64,000 nt of DNA, from NCBI GenBank assembly GCA_934393265.1, contig CAKRQL010000004.1:211225-275224 (forward strand), written 5' to 3'. Source of the DNA: an uncultured Eubacteriales bacterium (GTDB lineage: Bacteria; Bacillota; Clostridia; Oscillospirales; CAG-272). The translations under genes were made by a program, and so were the position numbers. A model generated the notes under the pieces. It saw nothing but the letters and a program-made list of their open reading frames with translations. It did not search any database and was not told where the DNA came from. Shown in pieces: positions 35,720 to 45,781 of the stretch (position 1 is the stretch's first letter; every line of letters starts with the position of its first letter).

Positions 35720-36829
35720 ATGAAAATTGCAGAAAAGGCAGGCATTGCCAGGATAATATCCTTTATCCTCATCGCCACAGTTCTTGTCTGTACGATAGGA
35801 CTCGTGGTAAGCGGATGGCAGACAGAAGCACCATCAAAACAGCCGGATAGCGGTGATAGCGCAGGTGACAGCGCTAATGCCGATGAAAATAAAGACGGAA
35901 AAATAAATCAGGACGACAAAACTGACGGAGACAACACAAAGGTAAACGAGACGGTATTCGTAAATTATCTGACAGGCACGGCAATATCGGAAGAGCTCTT
36001 CCGAACATGTCCGGTAGCATTTGTATGCGATCCGCGCGACCCTGTATACGCGCTCTCGCTCTCGGATCTCACAATCGAATTTCCGACAGAGACCGGCGCG
36101 ACCCGCCTGCTCGTATACCACCGTGATCTGTCTGCTCTCGGGAAGATAGGGAGTCTGACAAAGACCCGCTCTTACATACATGAGCTTGTCATGCGCTTTG
36201 GCGGGATATCGGTATTCCGCGGAATTGACGGCTACGGCAAGGATGCTTTTGCCGCGCAGCACGCGCTTGATATTGACGCCACAACCGGGTATTCATATAC
36301 CGAAAATTCGGTCTATATGTACACAAACGGCGACCTCATCAGAGCGGCACTCATGAATAACGGCTTCAATTCGGCTCTTACCGAAACACCGGTAATGCCA
36401 TACGATTTCACCGAAACACCGAAGGTACAGGGCACTGCCGGGACTATCATTCTTCCCTATTCCGGTCAGTCCGAAACCGAGCTGTACTATTCCGCCGACA
36501 GAGGGGCTTATATTTACTCAAAGTCCGGCGTTGTCAAAACGGACATGCTTAACGGCAGAACGGTAACATACAAGAACGTACTCGTCCTCTTCGCCGACAG
36601 CGTGACCTACGAAACCGAGAAGTCAACCGAGACCGTCATCAACACCTGCACGCACGGAACCGGATACTATGCTGTGGACGGAAAAATGTGCGAGATAACG
36701 TGGGAGACCGATGAACACGGAGATATGATCTTCATTGACGCCGACGGCAACAAGCTCGGCATAAGCGCCGGAAATATCTACATTTCCTACTTCAAATCCT
36801 CAATGAAAGATCAGGTAAAAATACAATAA
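35720..36829 (+). CDS. Membrane-anchored protein, DUF3048 (YerB)-like
   Basis: N-terminal TM anchor, an acidic low-complexity linker (DSGDSAGDSANADENKDGK), then CPVAFVCDPRDPVYALSLSDLTIEFPTETGATRLLVY, which resembles the DUF3048 core from memory. Confidence 0.45.
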   Translation: MKIAEKAGIARIISFILIATVLVCTIGLVVSGWQTEAPSKQPDSGDSAGDSANADENKDGKINQDDKTDGDNTKVNETVFVNYLTGTAISEELFRTCPVAFVCDPRDPVYALSLSDLTIEFPTETGATRLLVYHRDLSALGKIGSLTKTRSYIHELVMRFGGISVFRGIDGYGKDAFAAQHALDIDATTGYSYTENSVYMYTNGDLIRAALMNNGFNSALTETPVMPYDFTETPKVQGTAGTIILPYSGQSETELYYSADRGAYIYSKSGVVKTDMLNGRTVTYKNVLVLFADSVTYETEKSTETVINTCTHGTGYYAVDGKMCEITWETDEHGDMIFIDADGNKLGISAGNIYISYFKSSMKDQVKIQ

Positions 36830-36834
36830 ATTAC

Positions 36835-36877
36835 GCCGCAGCAGGCAGACCATGCCACGCTGCGGCACTTTATTTTA
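36835..36877. terminator. Terminator hairpin between the convergent DUF3048-like gene and spoVT
   Basis: GCCGCAGC (36835-36842) pairs with GCTGCGGC (36859-36866), followed by ACTTTATTTTA. Confidence 0.55.
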
Positions 36878-36888
36878 GTTTGCAGCCA

Positions 36889-37431
36889 TCAGTTTCCCGA
36901 ATATTTAGCAAGAAAAAGCGCGGCAGTCTGTATAAGCTTGATTTCCGCTTCACCGGGCGATATAACCGGACCGTCATCGCGGCTGCGCCCGCTCATAACA
37001 CATCCTATAATATCTCCCTCACTTATTATCGGCATAGCGCACCCGACAATACAGCTCCCGCCGTCGATAATCTCCATCGGCTCATCCCCGCCTGTATAAA
37101 TCATGCGCGAATCCATAATCTTCTCAATACCGTCGGTAACCCTATGCTCGCTGTATTCTCTCTTTGACGCACCACTCACGGATACAACGGCGTCTCTGTC
37201 GGATATGAACACCGGAAAACCGAGAATTTTTGCCAACACCTCCGCATATCCGGATACAAATTCGCCGAGCTCACCGACAGGCGAATATTTTTTGAATATC
37301 ACCTCACCGTCCCTGTCGGTATATATTTCAAGCGGATCGCCCTCACGTATACGCATTGTCCGCCTTATTTCCTTTGGTATCACCACCCTGCCGAGGTCGT
37401 CAATTCTTCTCACAATTCCGGTAGCTCTCAT
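36889..37431 (-). CDS. spoVT: Stage V sporulation protein T (AbrB-type N-terminal domain plus GAF-like domain)
   Basis: MRATGIVRRIDDLGRVVIPKEIRRTMRIREGDPLEIYTDRDGEVIFKKYSP is nearly identical in pattern to B. subtilis SpoVT. 180 aa. Confidence 0.9.
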   Translation of the reverse strand: MRATGIVRRIDDLGRVVIPKEIRRTMRIREGDPLEIYTDRDGEVIFKKYSPVGELGEFVSGYAEVLAKILGFPVFISDRDAVVSVSGASKREYSEHRVTDGIEKIMDSRMIYTGGDEPMEIIDGGSCIVGCAMPIISEGDIIGCVMSGRSRDDGPVISPGEAEIKLIQTAALFLAKYSGN

Positions 37432-37541
37432 TTATATATTCCTCCGCAAAACGCATTTGATTTTTAACTGTTTATATGTTTTGCTTTTTTGGTGGAATTA
37501 TGCAAGCCCGGGATATTTGTAGCTTTCCTCCGCGTTATGAT

Positions 37542-37587
37542 AAAAAGCAGTCGCTTCGCCTGTTAGTAGGTTTTACGACTGCTTTTT
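37542..37587. terminator. Bidirectional intrinsic terminator downstream of the amidohydrolase gene
   Basis: AAAAAGCAGTCG pairs perfectly with CGACTGCTTTTT (stems 37547-37553 and 37576-37582), flanked by A and T runs. Confidence 0.75.
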
Positions 37588-37615
37588 ATATATTACACGG
37601 CAATGACACGCAGGA

Positions 37616-38896
37616 TCACATAAACTTATCAAGCTCGCGATCAACGTTTTTGCGGCGCCTGAATTCCGGCTCGCTTATAATCTTTCCGCGTGCGACAACC
37701 ATTCCGACGTCAGAAAGCGCACGGAGATCCTCAAGAGGGTTCTTTTCGGTAACTATCATATCCGCGCACTTCCCGGGGGTCAGTGATCCGGTTATATCGC
37801 CGATACCAGCAAGCTCAGCGCTACGCAAGGTCGCAGTGTATAGCGCAAAGGAATTTGACGCCCCGACATATCTGTGAAAATAATATACCTCGCGCCAGAA
37901 GTTATACTGGGTTATCCACGGGCATCCGACATCGTTTCCGAGAACTATCGGTATATCATTTGCGAGTGCCGCCTTTGAGCACTCTACAATTCCCTCGAAA
38001 ACGATATTGCCGTTATATTGCTCAACCTCTGTCGCATTTGTGAGCGAACGGTCAAACATCGCGTACGGTATAGCCGGGGAAACCGTAGTACAAAGAAACG
38101 CACCGGTTTTCTTGAACATATCAATTATGTGTGCGTCCGGCTTTGCTCCGTGCTCTATCGAATCAACACCGTTTTCAAGCGCTATGCGTACCCCCTCCGG
38201 CGATTCAACATGCGCCGCCACCTTGTACCCCATTTCATGTGCCTTGTCACATACGGCGCGCACCATCTCTGCGCTCATTTTCACCTCGCCGGGAACGCCG
38301 CGCTCCTTTGCGTCGAGTACCCCTCCGGTTATCATGAGCTTGACAATATCGGCGCCGTCGCTTTTCAGCTTATCAAGGTGACGGAGTGCCTCCTCCGTGC
38401 TGTGAGCCGCAATAGCGACAGAGCCTGCCATGTGACCTCCGGGAACGGATATTCCCTCTTCACCGGATATAATACGCGGTCCGACCCTCTTTCCCGCCGC
38501 TATCTCGTCGCGCAGACGTGTGTCAAAGTTGCCGAGCCCGCCTACGGTGCGTATCGTCGTAACTCCGCTCATCAGCTCTGTTTTTGCAAATCCTGCGACC
38601 ATGCCGTAAGCAATGGCGCGCGTTATCGGATTTTTCATAATAGTTTTGACAAGCTTTTCGTTATCTCTCTGCTTTTTCTGCGGTTTCCCGCTGCCTGCGA
38701 GATGCACATGCATGTTTATAAGTCCGGGCATGAGATATTCGCCGCCGAGGTTAACCTTGCGGTAGTCGGAGGGCACATCGCCGACCGGAACAATATCTTT
38801 TATTATTTCTCCGTCCACAAGAACAGCCATACCGGTTTTAGGCTGCATATCGCGCGTGCCATCAAGAATCACGCCGTTTACCAATGCGTATTTCAT
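37616..38896 (-). CDS. Amidohydrolase-family metal-dependent hydrolase
   Basis: GLINMHVHL metal-binding motif, internal AAHVES, IEHG, C-terminal ADMIV.... Confidence 0.75.
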   Translation of the reverse strand: MKYALVNGVILDGTRDMQPKTGMAVLVDGEIIKDIVPVGDVPSDYRKVNLGGEYLMPGLINMHVHLAGSGKPQKKQRDNEKLVKTIMKNPITRAIAYGMVAGFAKTELMSGVTTIRTVGGLGNFDTRLRDEIAAGKRVGPRIISGEEGISVPGGHMAGSVAIAAHSTEEALRHLDKLKSDGADIVKLMITGGVLDAKERGVPGEVKMSAEMVRAVCDKAHEMGYKVAAHVESPEGVRIALENGVDSIEHGAKPDAHIIDMFKKTGAFLCTTVSPAIPYAMFDRSLTNATEVEQYNGNIVFEGIVECSKAALANDIPIVLGNDVGCPWITQYNFWREVYYFHRYVGASNSFALYTATLRSAELAGIGDITGSLTPGKCADMIVTEKNPLEDLRALSDVGMVVARGKIISEPEFRRRKNVDRELDKFM

Positions 38897-38972
38897 ATTC
38901 CTCCGTTTTACCCGGCAGATATCAGCGGGTACTCAGCATAAATAGTTTTCAAATCAATATGTTTTTTGTTTT

Positions 38973-40088
38973 TCAAATATCATGTTCTGCCATGTATTTT
39001 TCGGCAAATTCCCGAAGCTCCGGCGTATCTCTGACAATCGTCCCACCGCCGAGCACCACATCGCCGTCATACATGACAGCCGCCTGTCCCGGGGTAACCG
39101 CCCTCTGTGGCTCTTTGAAGAACGCAATAAGGTGCCCGCGGTACGGCACTATATGCGCCGGCTTGTCCGGCTGCCTGTAACGGATTTTGATACCGCAGTC
39201 AAAAGGAGCCATAGCATCCTCACCGCTTATAATATTTACATCCGAAATACAGGCATACCTGCTATACAGCTCCGACTCATCGCCGAGCGTCACGGTATTG
39301 TCCTCCGGCGTTACGCAAATAACATATTTTCTGCCCTCAAAGGAAATACCGAGACCTTTTCTCTGCCCCGGAGTATACCGGATTATCCCGTTGTGTCTGC
39401 CAAGCACCTTGCCGTCCCGGTTTACGAAATCGCCGGGCTCTGCCCTCTTTCCCGTGTGCAGCTCGATTATACTTGCGTAATCTCCGTCCGGAACAAAGCA
39501 TATATCCTGGCTGTCCGGCTTTTCGGCATTTACAAATCCACCCTGTGCGGCTATTGTGCGAACCTCGTCCTTGTGTAGTCCGCCGAGCGGAAAAACCGTA
39601 TGCGCAAGCTGATACTGGTTCATTGAATAAAGAACATAGCTCTGATCCTTAGTCGCATCTACAGCGCGAAGAAGTCGGTATTTTCCGTCCTTAAAATCTA
39701 TGCGCGCATAGTGCCCGGTAGCTATTTTATCACATCCGAGCACCTCGGCACGGGAAAACAGCTTATCGAATTTCATATATCTGTTACAGTCGATGCAGGG
39801 GTTAGGTGTTATTCCCGCAATGTAAGAGGCTATAAATTTGTCAATAACTTTCTTGTGAAAATCGTCCGAAAAGTTAAAAACAAAATACTCAATTCCGAGC
39901 CGTTCGGCAACCGAGCGGGCATCCTCCACATCATCGAGCGAGCAACATGTATGTGACTTTGATATTCCCGCGTCCTCATTTGAGTAGAGCTTCATAGTAC
40001 AGCCTATGCATACATTTCCCTCGTCACACAGGAGCTTTGCCGCAACAGAGGAATCAACGCCGCCACTCATAGCGACAAGAACCTTCAT
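38973..40088 (-). CDS. mnmA: tRNA 2-thiouridine(34) synthase MnmA
   Basis: PP-loop VLVAMSGGVDSSVAA, NPCIDCNRYMKF, ATGHYAR. Confidence 0.95.
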   Translation of the reverse strand: MKVLVAMSGGVDSSVAAKLLCDEGNVCIGCTMKLYSNEDAGISKSHTCCSLDDVEDARSVAERLGIEYFVFNFSDDFHKKVIDKFIASYIAGITPNPCIDCNRYMKFDKLFSRAEVLGCDKIATGHYARIDFKDGKYRLLRAVDATKDQSYVLYSMNQYQLAHTVFPLGGLHKDEVRTIAAQGGFVNAEKPDSQDICFVPDGDYASIIELHTGKRAEPGDFVNRDGKVLGRHNGIIRYTPGQRKGLGISFEGRKYVICVTPEDNTVTLGDESELYSRYACISDVNIISGEDAMAPFDCGIKIRYRQPDKPAHIVPYRGHLIAFFKEPQRAVTPGQAAVMYDGDVVLGGGTIVRDTPELREFAEKYMAEHDI

Positions 40089-40128
40089 ATATCCCCTCCG
40101 GATAAAATTTTCTCATGTACAGAAATAA

Positions 40129-40851
40129 TCATGCGTTACGGTGCAGCTCTTCGTATATATCAATCGCACTGTCAAAGACTGCATTTGTGTAATCGCATAT
40201 TTTAGTAAGATAAGCCCCGAGCTTTGATACTGCCCTGGAGTATTGCCGATAGGCTGTTTTGTCAGTCATATGTATGTCGCTGCCGACAGCGTATACGAGC
40301 CCCCGCGATAGCCACGAGCGGACACTGCGACTCATGAATGTCCGCGCGAGCGCGGCGGCGTTGAGCTGTATTTTAGCACCGAATTGCAGAACTGCCTCTA
40401 TATTATCTACGGGATATCTCTCCGCATGAGCCAGAACTACATCATAGCCCTTGTCAATAAGTGCACCGACGGTTTCGGCATATTCATATATAAAGTCGTT
40501 AAAAGGCAATTCGATAAGAATTGTTTTTGTACCGAATACAGCGAGCCGGGAAAGCGATGGAAGCTCCTCGAGCCCCTCGCAGAGCAGCACCTCCGCCCCG
40601 AGGCGAATATCCGGCGGCGTAAAATCAAGCTGTCTGAATGTATGGTGAAGAGCGAGGTATGCGTCATTCCGCCGCTCTATAAAATCATCAAGCGAATGTA
40701 CATGCGGGTAAAAATGCGAGGTCGCTATTATTCTGTCAACTCCGGCAGCCCTCGCCATAGCAAGCTGAGCATGCGAGGTAGCCATAGAATCGCTCCCATG
40801 GTCGACTCCCGGGAGAATATGCGCATGAAAATCAACAAGTTTGTGAGTCAC
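40129..40851 (-). CDS. PHP-domain protein-tyrosine phosphatase, CpsB/YwqE type
   Basis: LVDFHAHILPGVDHGS, IIATSHFY, VLAHAERY, GSDIH. Confidence 0.75.
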   Translation of the reverse strand: MTHKLVDFHAHILPGVDHGSDSMATSHAQLAMARAAGVDRIIATSHFYPHVHSLDDFIERRNDAYLALHHTFRQLDFTPPDIRLGAEVLLCEGLEELPSLSRLAVFGTKTILIELPFNDFIYEYAETVGALIDKGYDVVLAHAERYPVDNIEAVLQFGAKIQLNAAALARTFMSRSVRSWLSRGLVYAVGSDIHMTDKTAYRQYSRAVSKLGAYLTKICDYTNAVFDSAIDIYEELHRNA

Positions 40852-40911
40852 ATGTCACCTCCGTTATCTCGTGATGCCGTATTTTGTTTTTACTGTACCT
40901 GCATTCGTAAT

Positions 40912-40951
40912 AAAAGCAAAGTGGAGGAGCAGCATACAGCACCTCCTCCAC
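40912..40951 (-). terminator. Intrinsic terminator after the lipoprotein gene
   Basis: GTGGAGGAG (40921-40929) pairs with CTCCTCCAC (40943-40951). The minus-strand transcript continues into UUUGCUUUUAUU. Confidence 0.65.
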
Positions 40952-40981
40952 TACAATCTAACTTTTTTTATAGCAGAGGAA

Positions 40982-42067
40982 TTACTGTTCCCCGCCGGTA
41001 TCTTCGGATTCAACCGGTGCGATATACGCAACGGAATCACGATTCTGCGCCTTTCCGTTCTCCGCCTCGGTTGCCGTCCAGCCTATATCCTCACAGTAGA
41101 GTGCTCTGAAGATGTCGCCGGTGTAGAAAATATTCATGTGGTAAACATTTTCTCCGGAGTCGACTCTTACTACCGAACCGTTCTCGTCAAGCTCGTAATT
41201 TGTCCCCTTGACGCCGTACTGAAGCATGTTACGGACAGTCTGGTCGGTATTTATGGCATAAATTATCTCCATTGCGCGATCCGGCTTTGCGCAGCCTGCG
41301 GAGATCGCAAATGCGGAAGAAAATGTTTCTTCCACCGTGGCTACGGGGTTGGTAACAACATTGCAGTAGTATCCCTCGGCCTCGTATCTTGCTATATCAG
41401 AATACGCTCCGTTAACATACTTTATGCAATCGGCAACGGTATATCCGTTATTCTCCATATCCCGGCGCAGCTCCGCTATATCATCCTCTGTTTTGAATCT
41501 TCTGACATCGCCGGGCGCATAATTGAGTGCCTGCGAAGCGTTTTTGTCAATCAGCAGAAACTCATAGTGACCGACAACATGATTGTTCGGTATACCGAGA
41601 AGCTTTCCGTCTGCGCGCGCAGCATCGAGAAGAGATGTGGCGATCTGAGTATTGAGAGTACCATAGGTTTTCCCCTCAAGATAATTCAGAAGATTTGCGA
41701 GCTTTCCGGCGGCTGCGAGCTCATTATAGAGGGAAACGCTGTTGATGAGGAATATATCGGCTCCTGCTTCAGAATCAAGAGCACTTTTAAGTGCTGTTTC
41801 GTACTGATCCTCGGTGTAATAATGGATATTCAGAGTTGTATGGAACTGCGCCGCGGTATACTGTGAAAACATGCGGTTAACGGTAATCATCGCGTTGCTG
41901 ACCGTTGCGGCATCGGTAACTATGTACATCTCAAGAGTAACATCCTCAACCTTGGATGGCTTGTATTTATATTTTTCAAGAAATTCGCCTATATTGTCAT
42001 TCGCACAACCGACGAGAGTCAGCATCATGAGAGCGACGCACACGGCAAGGCATATTATTTTTTTCAT
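40982..42067 (-). CDS. Lipoprotein resembling an extracellular solute-binding protein (no transporter genes adjacent)
   Basis: Signal peptide with lipobox MKKIICLAVCVALMMLTLVGC. SBP-like segments ADIFLINS, GKLLGIPNN and QYGVKGTNYELDENG. Confidence 0.6.
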   Translation of the reverse strand: MKKIICLAVCVALMMLTLVGCANDNIGEFLEKYKYKPSKVEDVTLEMYIVTDAATVSNAMITVNRMFSQYTAAQFHTTLNIHYYTEDQYETALKSALDSEAGADIFLINSVSLYNELAAAGKLANLLNYLEGKTYGTLNTQIATSLLDAARADGKLLGIPNNHVVGHYEFLLIDKNASQALNYAPGDVRRFKTEDDIAELRRDMENNGYTVADCIKYVNGAYSDIARYEAEGYYCNVVTNPVATVEETFSSAFAISAGCAKPDRAMEIIYAINTDQTVRNMLQYGVKGTNYELDENGSVVRVDSGENVYHMNIFYTGDIFRALYCEDIGWTATEAENGKAQNRDSVAYIAPVESEDTGGEQ

Positions 42068-42113
42068 TGCAAAAAACGGTGACCTCCGTTATCGGGTTTA
42101 TTCTTCTTATTTT

Positions 42114-42142
42114 ATTTTACTATATAGAGACGTAAAAGTCAA
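42114..42142 (-). promoter_or_regulatory. Sigma-A-type promoter candidate for the lipoprotein gene
   Basis: On the minus strand: -35 TTGACT, 17-nt spacer, -10 TAAAAT. Confidence 0.4.
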
Positions 42143-42223
42143 GAGATTTCGTCCCCTTTGGGTACTCGCGGCATCGGTTTGTGCTCGATGCACAACTTGT
42201 ACTCTGTGTTTTTGTGAAAAATG

Positions 42224-43291
42224 TCAGTTTGCAAGGTAGTCCTTAAGCGTTTTTGAGCGTGAGGGGTGACGAAGCTTACGAAGTGCCTTTGCCTCTATCT
42301 GCCTTATTCTCTCGCGCGTTATCTTGAACTGCTTCCCGACCTCCTCAAGCGTGCGGGGTCTGCCGTCGTCGAGACCGAAGCGGAGTTTTATAACCTGCTC
42401 CTCCCGAGGGGTGAGCGTGTGAAGGATATTGCAGAGCTGCTCACGCAAAAGCGAATACGACGCGCTGTCCGACGGAGCAGGAGAATCGCTATCCTCCACA
42501 AAATCGCCGAGGTGGCTGTCCTCCTCCTCGCCTATCGGAGTTTCGAGCGAGACGGGATCCTGCGCGATCTTCATTATTTCACGCACCTTTTCCGGCGTCA
42601 TTCCGAGCCTCTCGGCTATTTCGTCAGTGGTAGGCTCACGCCCGAGCTCCTGAAGAAGCTGACGCGCGGTGCGTGACACGCGGTGTATCGTTTCAACCAT
42701 GTGAACGGGTATACGGATAGTTCTCGCCTGATCTGCGATTGCGCGTGTGATCGCCTGTCTTATCCACCATGTAGCGTATGTCGAGAATTTATAGCCCTTG
42801 CTGTAATCAAACTTTTCGACCGCCTTAATAAGTCCGAGATTGCCCTCCTGTATAAGGTCAAGGAAGTACATCCCCTTTCCTACATGCCGCTTTGCTATGC
42901 TGACCACAAGGCGCAGGTTCGCCTCTATAAGCTCATCCTTTGCCGCCTTGTTGCCGAGGGCTATCTGCTCGGCGAGGTATGTTTCGCGCTCCGGAGTCAG
43001 GAGAGGAATTTTTCCTATATCCTTCAGATACATTCTGACAGGGTCGTCGATAGTAAGTCCTTCCTGACTGAGCATCTTCTCAATCTTTTCGGGAGAATCA
43101 TAATTCTCGAGATCCTGCTCAATTTCCTTCAGCGACTCATTGTCAATTGACTCCGGACTTGTCGGCTCCGCATCGGTCTGCGCTATATCGTAGTCAATAT
43201 CCTCCAGCGCTTTCATAATATCCGAGCTGACTACCCCGCCCTCTGACTTGTTGTCGAGAATCTCGTTCACATCGATTTTGTCACCGTTCAT
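42224..43291 (-). CDS. rpoD: RNA polymerase primary sigma factor (SigA/RpoD)
   Basis: Region 1.2 [11 protein letters not shown], region 2 [37 protein letters not shown], and region 4 [28 protein letters not shown]. Confidence 0.95.
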   Translation of the reverse strand: MNGDKIDVNEILDNKSEGGVVSSDIMKALEDIDYDIAQTDAEPTSPESIDNESLKEIEQDLENYDSPEKIEKMLSQEGLTIDDPVRMYLKDIGKIPLLTPERETYLAEQIALGNKAAKDELIEANLRLVVSIAKRHVGKGMYFLDLIQEGNLGLIKAVEKFDYSKGYKFSTYATWWIRQAITRAIADQARTIRIPVHMVETIHRVSRTARQLLQELGREPTTDEIAERLGMTPEKVREIMKIAQDPVSLETPIGEEEDSHLGDFVEDSDSPAPSDSASYSLLREQLCNILHTLTPREEQVIKLRFGLDDGRPRTLEEVGKQFKITRERIRQIEAKALRKLRHPSRSKTLKDYLAN

Positions 43292-43304
43292 TTGTCTCTT
43301 CCTT

Positions 43305-45074
43305 TCAGTTCAGTTCTTTCCTTTTTTTGTTGAGGAGCTCTTCGAGAGAGCTCATGGTTTCCGGCTGTTCAGCCTTTTTTGAAACCGCAGAGCGCAATGC
43401 GTCGGCGCACTGGAGAAATACGGTCTCGGAATTATCTCCGAGCGTCATTCTCGCAACCTTCATTCCGGTTATTCTGCCGACCTCCTCAGTGGTAAAATAT
43501 GCGTCCATGTCGGAATACCTTGTGTCTCCCTCGGAAAATTTGTCCTTAATGTATTCAAATACTCTTTTATTAAAGCCCGTAAAGAAATCATCGACAGAGA
43601 GGAGCCCCTCCGTAAACGTCTTTTTCACATACTCCGGGTAAAGCATCAGGAGCCCGAGCACATGCTCCTCCTTGTTTGCTATATCCGGTGCCTTGATGTA
43701 ATCGTTGTTTACTCTGTCCGAGTAGCCCTGCGCCGTGCGTATGGCATTCTGCGACTCCTCGCGCCGTGCTCTGTATGACGCGCGCCGCTGCGCCGACTCG
43801 ACATCCCGCCTTATGCTCTGCGCCTCGACGCCGGTTTTCTCGGCTACGGCTTGTATATATACATCGCGTTCTGCCGCGGAATATACCGACGAAATAATCT
43901 TTACGAGCTCCGCAACTGCATTTATTTTATCCTGCGGGAGGGACAGATCGTACTTTGACAATACGCTGTCCATATTATACTCAAATTTGCTTTTTGAGTT
44001 TTCAATTACCTTGCGGAATTTATCGGCGCCGTAAGCTTTTATGTATTCGTCCGGGTCCTTTGCGTCGGGTATTTTCAGAACCGACACCTCAAGACCGACC
44101 TCCTCGAGCATTCCCATTGCCCTTTTTGCCGCTTTCTGCCCCGGTTCATCAGAATCATAACATATAACGACCTTCTTCGTATACTTTGCCATTATCCGTG
44201 CCTGTTCGGATGTAATAGCCGTACCGAGAGTAGCAACGGCGTTTGTAAATCCGGCGGCATGTAATGCAATGACATCCATGTACCCCTCGCAGAGTATCAT
44301 GCTCTCCGAGCAGGTGAGCCGCGCGAAATTCAGGGCAAAGATATTGCGTGATTTTTTGAAAGCCGGAGTATCGGATGAATTGCGGTATTTCGGCTTTGAG
44401 TCATCCATGACACGTCCCCCGAATGCAATCACATTACCGGATACATCAATTATCGGGAACATTACACGATTACGGAACGTATCATACAGCTTTCCGTTTG
44501 AATTTCTGCCTGACAGAAAGCTCTCGACAAGCTCGTCATCTGTGTACCCGCAGCTCTTCATATAGGAAGTAAGCGCACTGTAAGAGTCAGGAGCATAACC
44601 GAGCCCGAAATGCTTTATCGTTGCAAGCGAGAGCCTGCGCTTGTCCTGAAAATATGAGAGAGCGGCACGCGCGCCCGGGTCGTCCGAAAAAAGGTGCCCG
44701 AAAAACCACTTCGCCGCAACCCTGTTCATCTCGAGGACGCGCGAGCGGTCAACGGCTTTCACGCCCGGTTGCCTGTCCCGGTCATCGTCCGGTATGGTTA
44801 TCCCCGCGCGCTTTGCCAAAAATTCAACGGCATCTACGTAATCAAGGTGCTCTATCTGTTTTATAAATGTTATAGCGTCTCCACCGACACCGCAACCGAA
44901 GCAATAAAAACTATTGTCACGCGGATAAACCGTAAATGACGGCGATTTTTCGCTGTGAAACGGGCAGAGCCCTTTCAGTGTTGAACCGGCGCGTTTCAGT
45001 GAAACATATCCGCCGATAAGAGGCTCTATATCAGTGCGCATGAGAATCTCCTCTATCAGCTCGCGCTTTATCAT
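43305..45074 (-). CDS. dnaG: DNA primase DnaG
   Basis: Zinc-binding [30 protein letters not shown] and a TOPRIM domain ([12 protein letters not shown]). I prefer the start MIKREL at 45074, after AAAGGCGG. Confidence 0.9.
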   Translation of the reverse strand: MIKRELIEEILMRTDIEPLIGGYVSLKRAGSTLKGLCPFHSEKSPSFTVYPRDNSFYCFGCGVGGDAITFIKQIEHLDYVDAVEFLAKRAGITIPDDDRDRQPGVKAVDRSRVLEMNRVAAKWFFGHLFSDDPGARAALSYFQDKRRLSLATIKHFGLGYAPDSYSALTSYMKSCGYTDDELVESFLSGRNSNGKLYDTFRNRVMFPIIDVSGNVIAFGGRVMDDSKPKYRNSSDTPAFKKSRNIFALNFARLTCSESMILCEGYMDVIALHAAGFTNAVATLGTAITSEQARIMAKYTKKVVICYDSDEPGQKAAKRAMGMLEEVGLEVSVLKIPDAKDPDEYIKAYGADKFRKVIENSKSKFEYNMDSVLSKYDLSLPQDKINAVAELVKIISSVYSAAERDVYIQAVAEKTGVEAQSIRRDVESAQRRASYRARREESQNAIRTAQGYSDRVNNDYIKAPDIANKEEHVLGLLMLYPEYVKKTFTEGLLSVDDFFTGFNKRVFEYIKDKFSEGDTRYSDMDAYFTTEEVGRITGMKVARMTLGDNSETVFLQCADALRSAVSKKAEQPETMSSLEELLNKKRKELN

Positions 45075-45125
45075 CACATCACCGCCTTTCGCTCCGTTCT
45101 GCGTCTTTTCCACTATAATATAACA

Positions 45126-45153
45126 GCGCGGAGAACAAAATACTTCTCCGCGC
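45126..45153 (-). terminator. Strong hairpin between yigZ and dnaG (possible terminator or attenuator)
   Basis: GCGCGGAGAA pairs with TTCTCCGCGC (10 bp). On the minus strand it is followed by UGUUAUAUUAU, only moderately U-rich. Confidence 0.45.
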
Positions 45154-45163
45154 AAGAAAAAAA

Positions 45164-45781
45164 TCAATAAGAGTACTTTTCTCCCGTAATTTCTGCTATT
45201 GCGCGACCACCGGTCAAATCACGCAGACAGGAGAGAAATGAATCTGTAATAGCGGCGTCTGTTTCACCGTCTATAAGCACGCTGTCAGAGAAGTCGGTAT
45301 TCTTTATCCGGAGACCGGAGGATGAAAGCAACGCTCCGATTTTCGCATAATCCTGATAAGACACTCTGATACGGAGAGCCGTGAATATGCGGTACGTTAT
45401 CACCTCAGCGGCGTGAAGCGCCGATGACGCCGCCTCACTATATGCATGGACAAGTCCGCCGGTGCCGAGGAGCGTCCCGCCGAAGTATCTGACAACGACA
45501 ATACACACATCCGTGCATCCGCTTTTTCTTATTGTGTCAAGAACCGGCATGCCGGCAGTCCCCTGCGGCTCCCGGTCATCGGCATAACGCATGGTCGAGT
45601 TTTCCCGGAGAACATAAGCGTAAACATGATGTGTAGCGTCCGGGAACTCTTTTTTTGCGGCGGCAATAAACGAAAGTGCCTCATCCTCAGTTGTCACATG
45701 AGTGCAGAGCCCGTAAAAAACCGACTTTCTGTCCTCAAACCTGCTCCTTGCTGCGCGGAGTACTGTGGTATATTCTTTCAT
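45164..45781 (-). CDS. yigZ: YigZ/IMPACT-family protein (UPF0029)
   Basis: SRFEDRKSVFYG, HHVYAY, DDREPQGTAGMP, VVVRYFGGTLLGTGGLVHAY. Confidence 0.8.
   Translation of the reverse strand: MKEYTTVLRAARSRFEDRKSVFYGLCTHVTTEDEALSFIAAAKKEFPDATHHVYAYVLRENSTMRYADDREPQGTAGMPVLDTIRKSGCTDVCIVVVRYFGGTLLGTGGLVHAYSEAASSALHAAEVITYRIFTALRIRVSYQDYAKIGALLSSSGLRIKNTDFSDSVLIDGETDAAITDSFLSCLRDLTGGRAIAEITGEKYSY

Noticed and set aside
37432-37540. A possible forespore sigma-G/sigma-F promoter for spoVT (minus strand GCATAA ... CATATAA).
   Set aside because: The spacing between the two elements is about 19-20 nt by my count, against the 17-18 nt I remember for sigma-G promoters. That is too uncertain to annotate.
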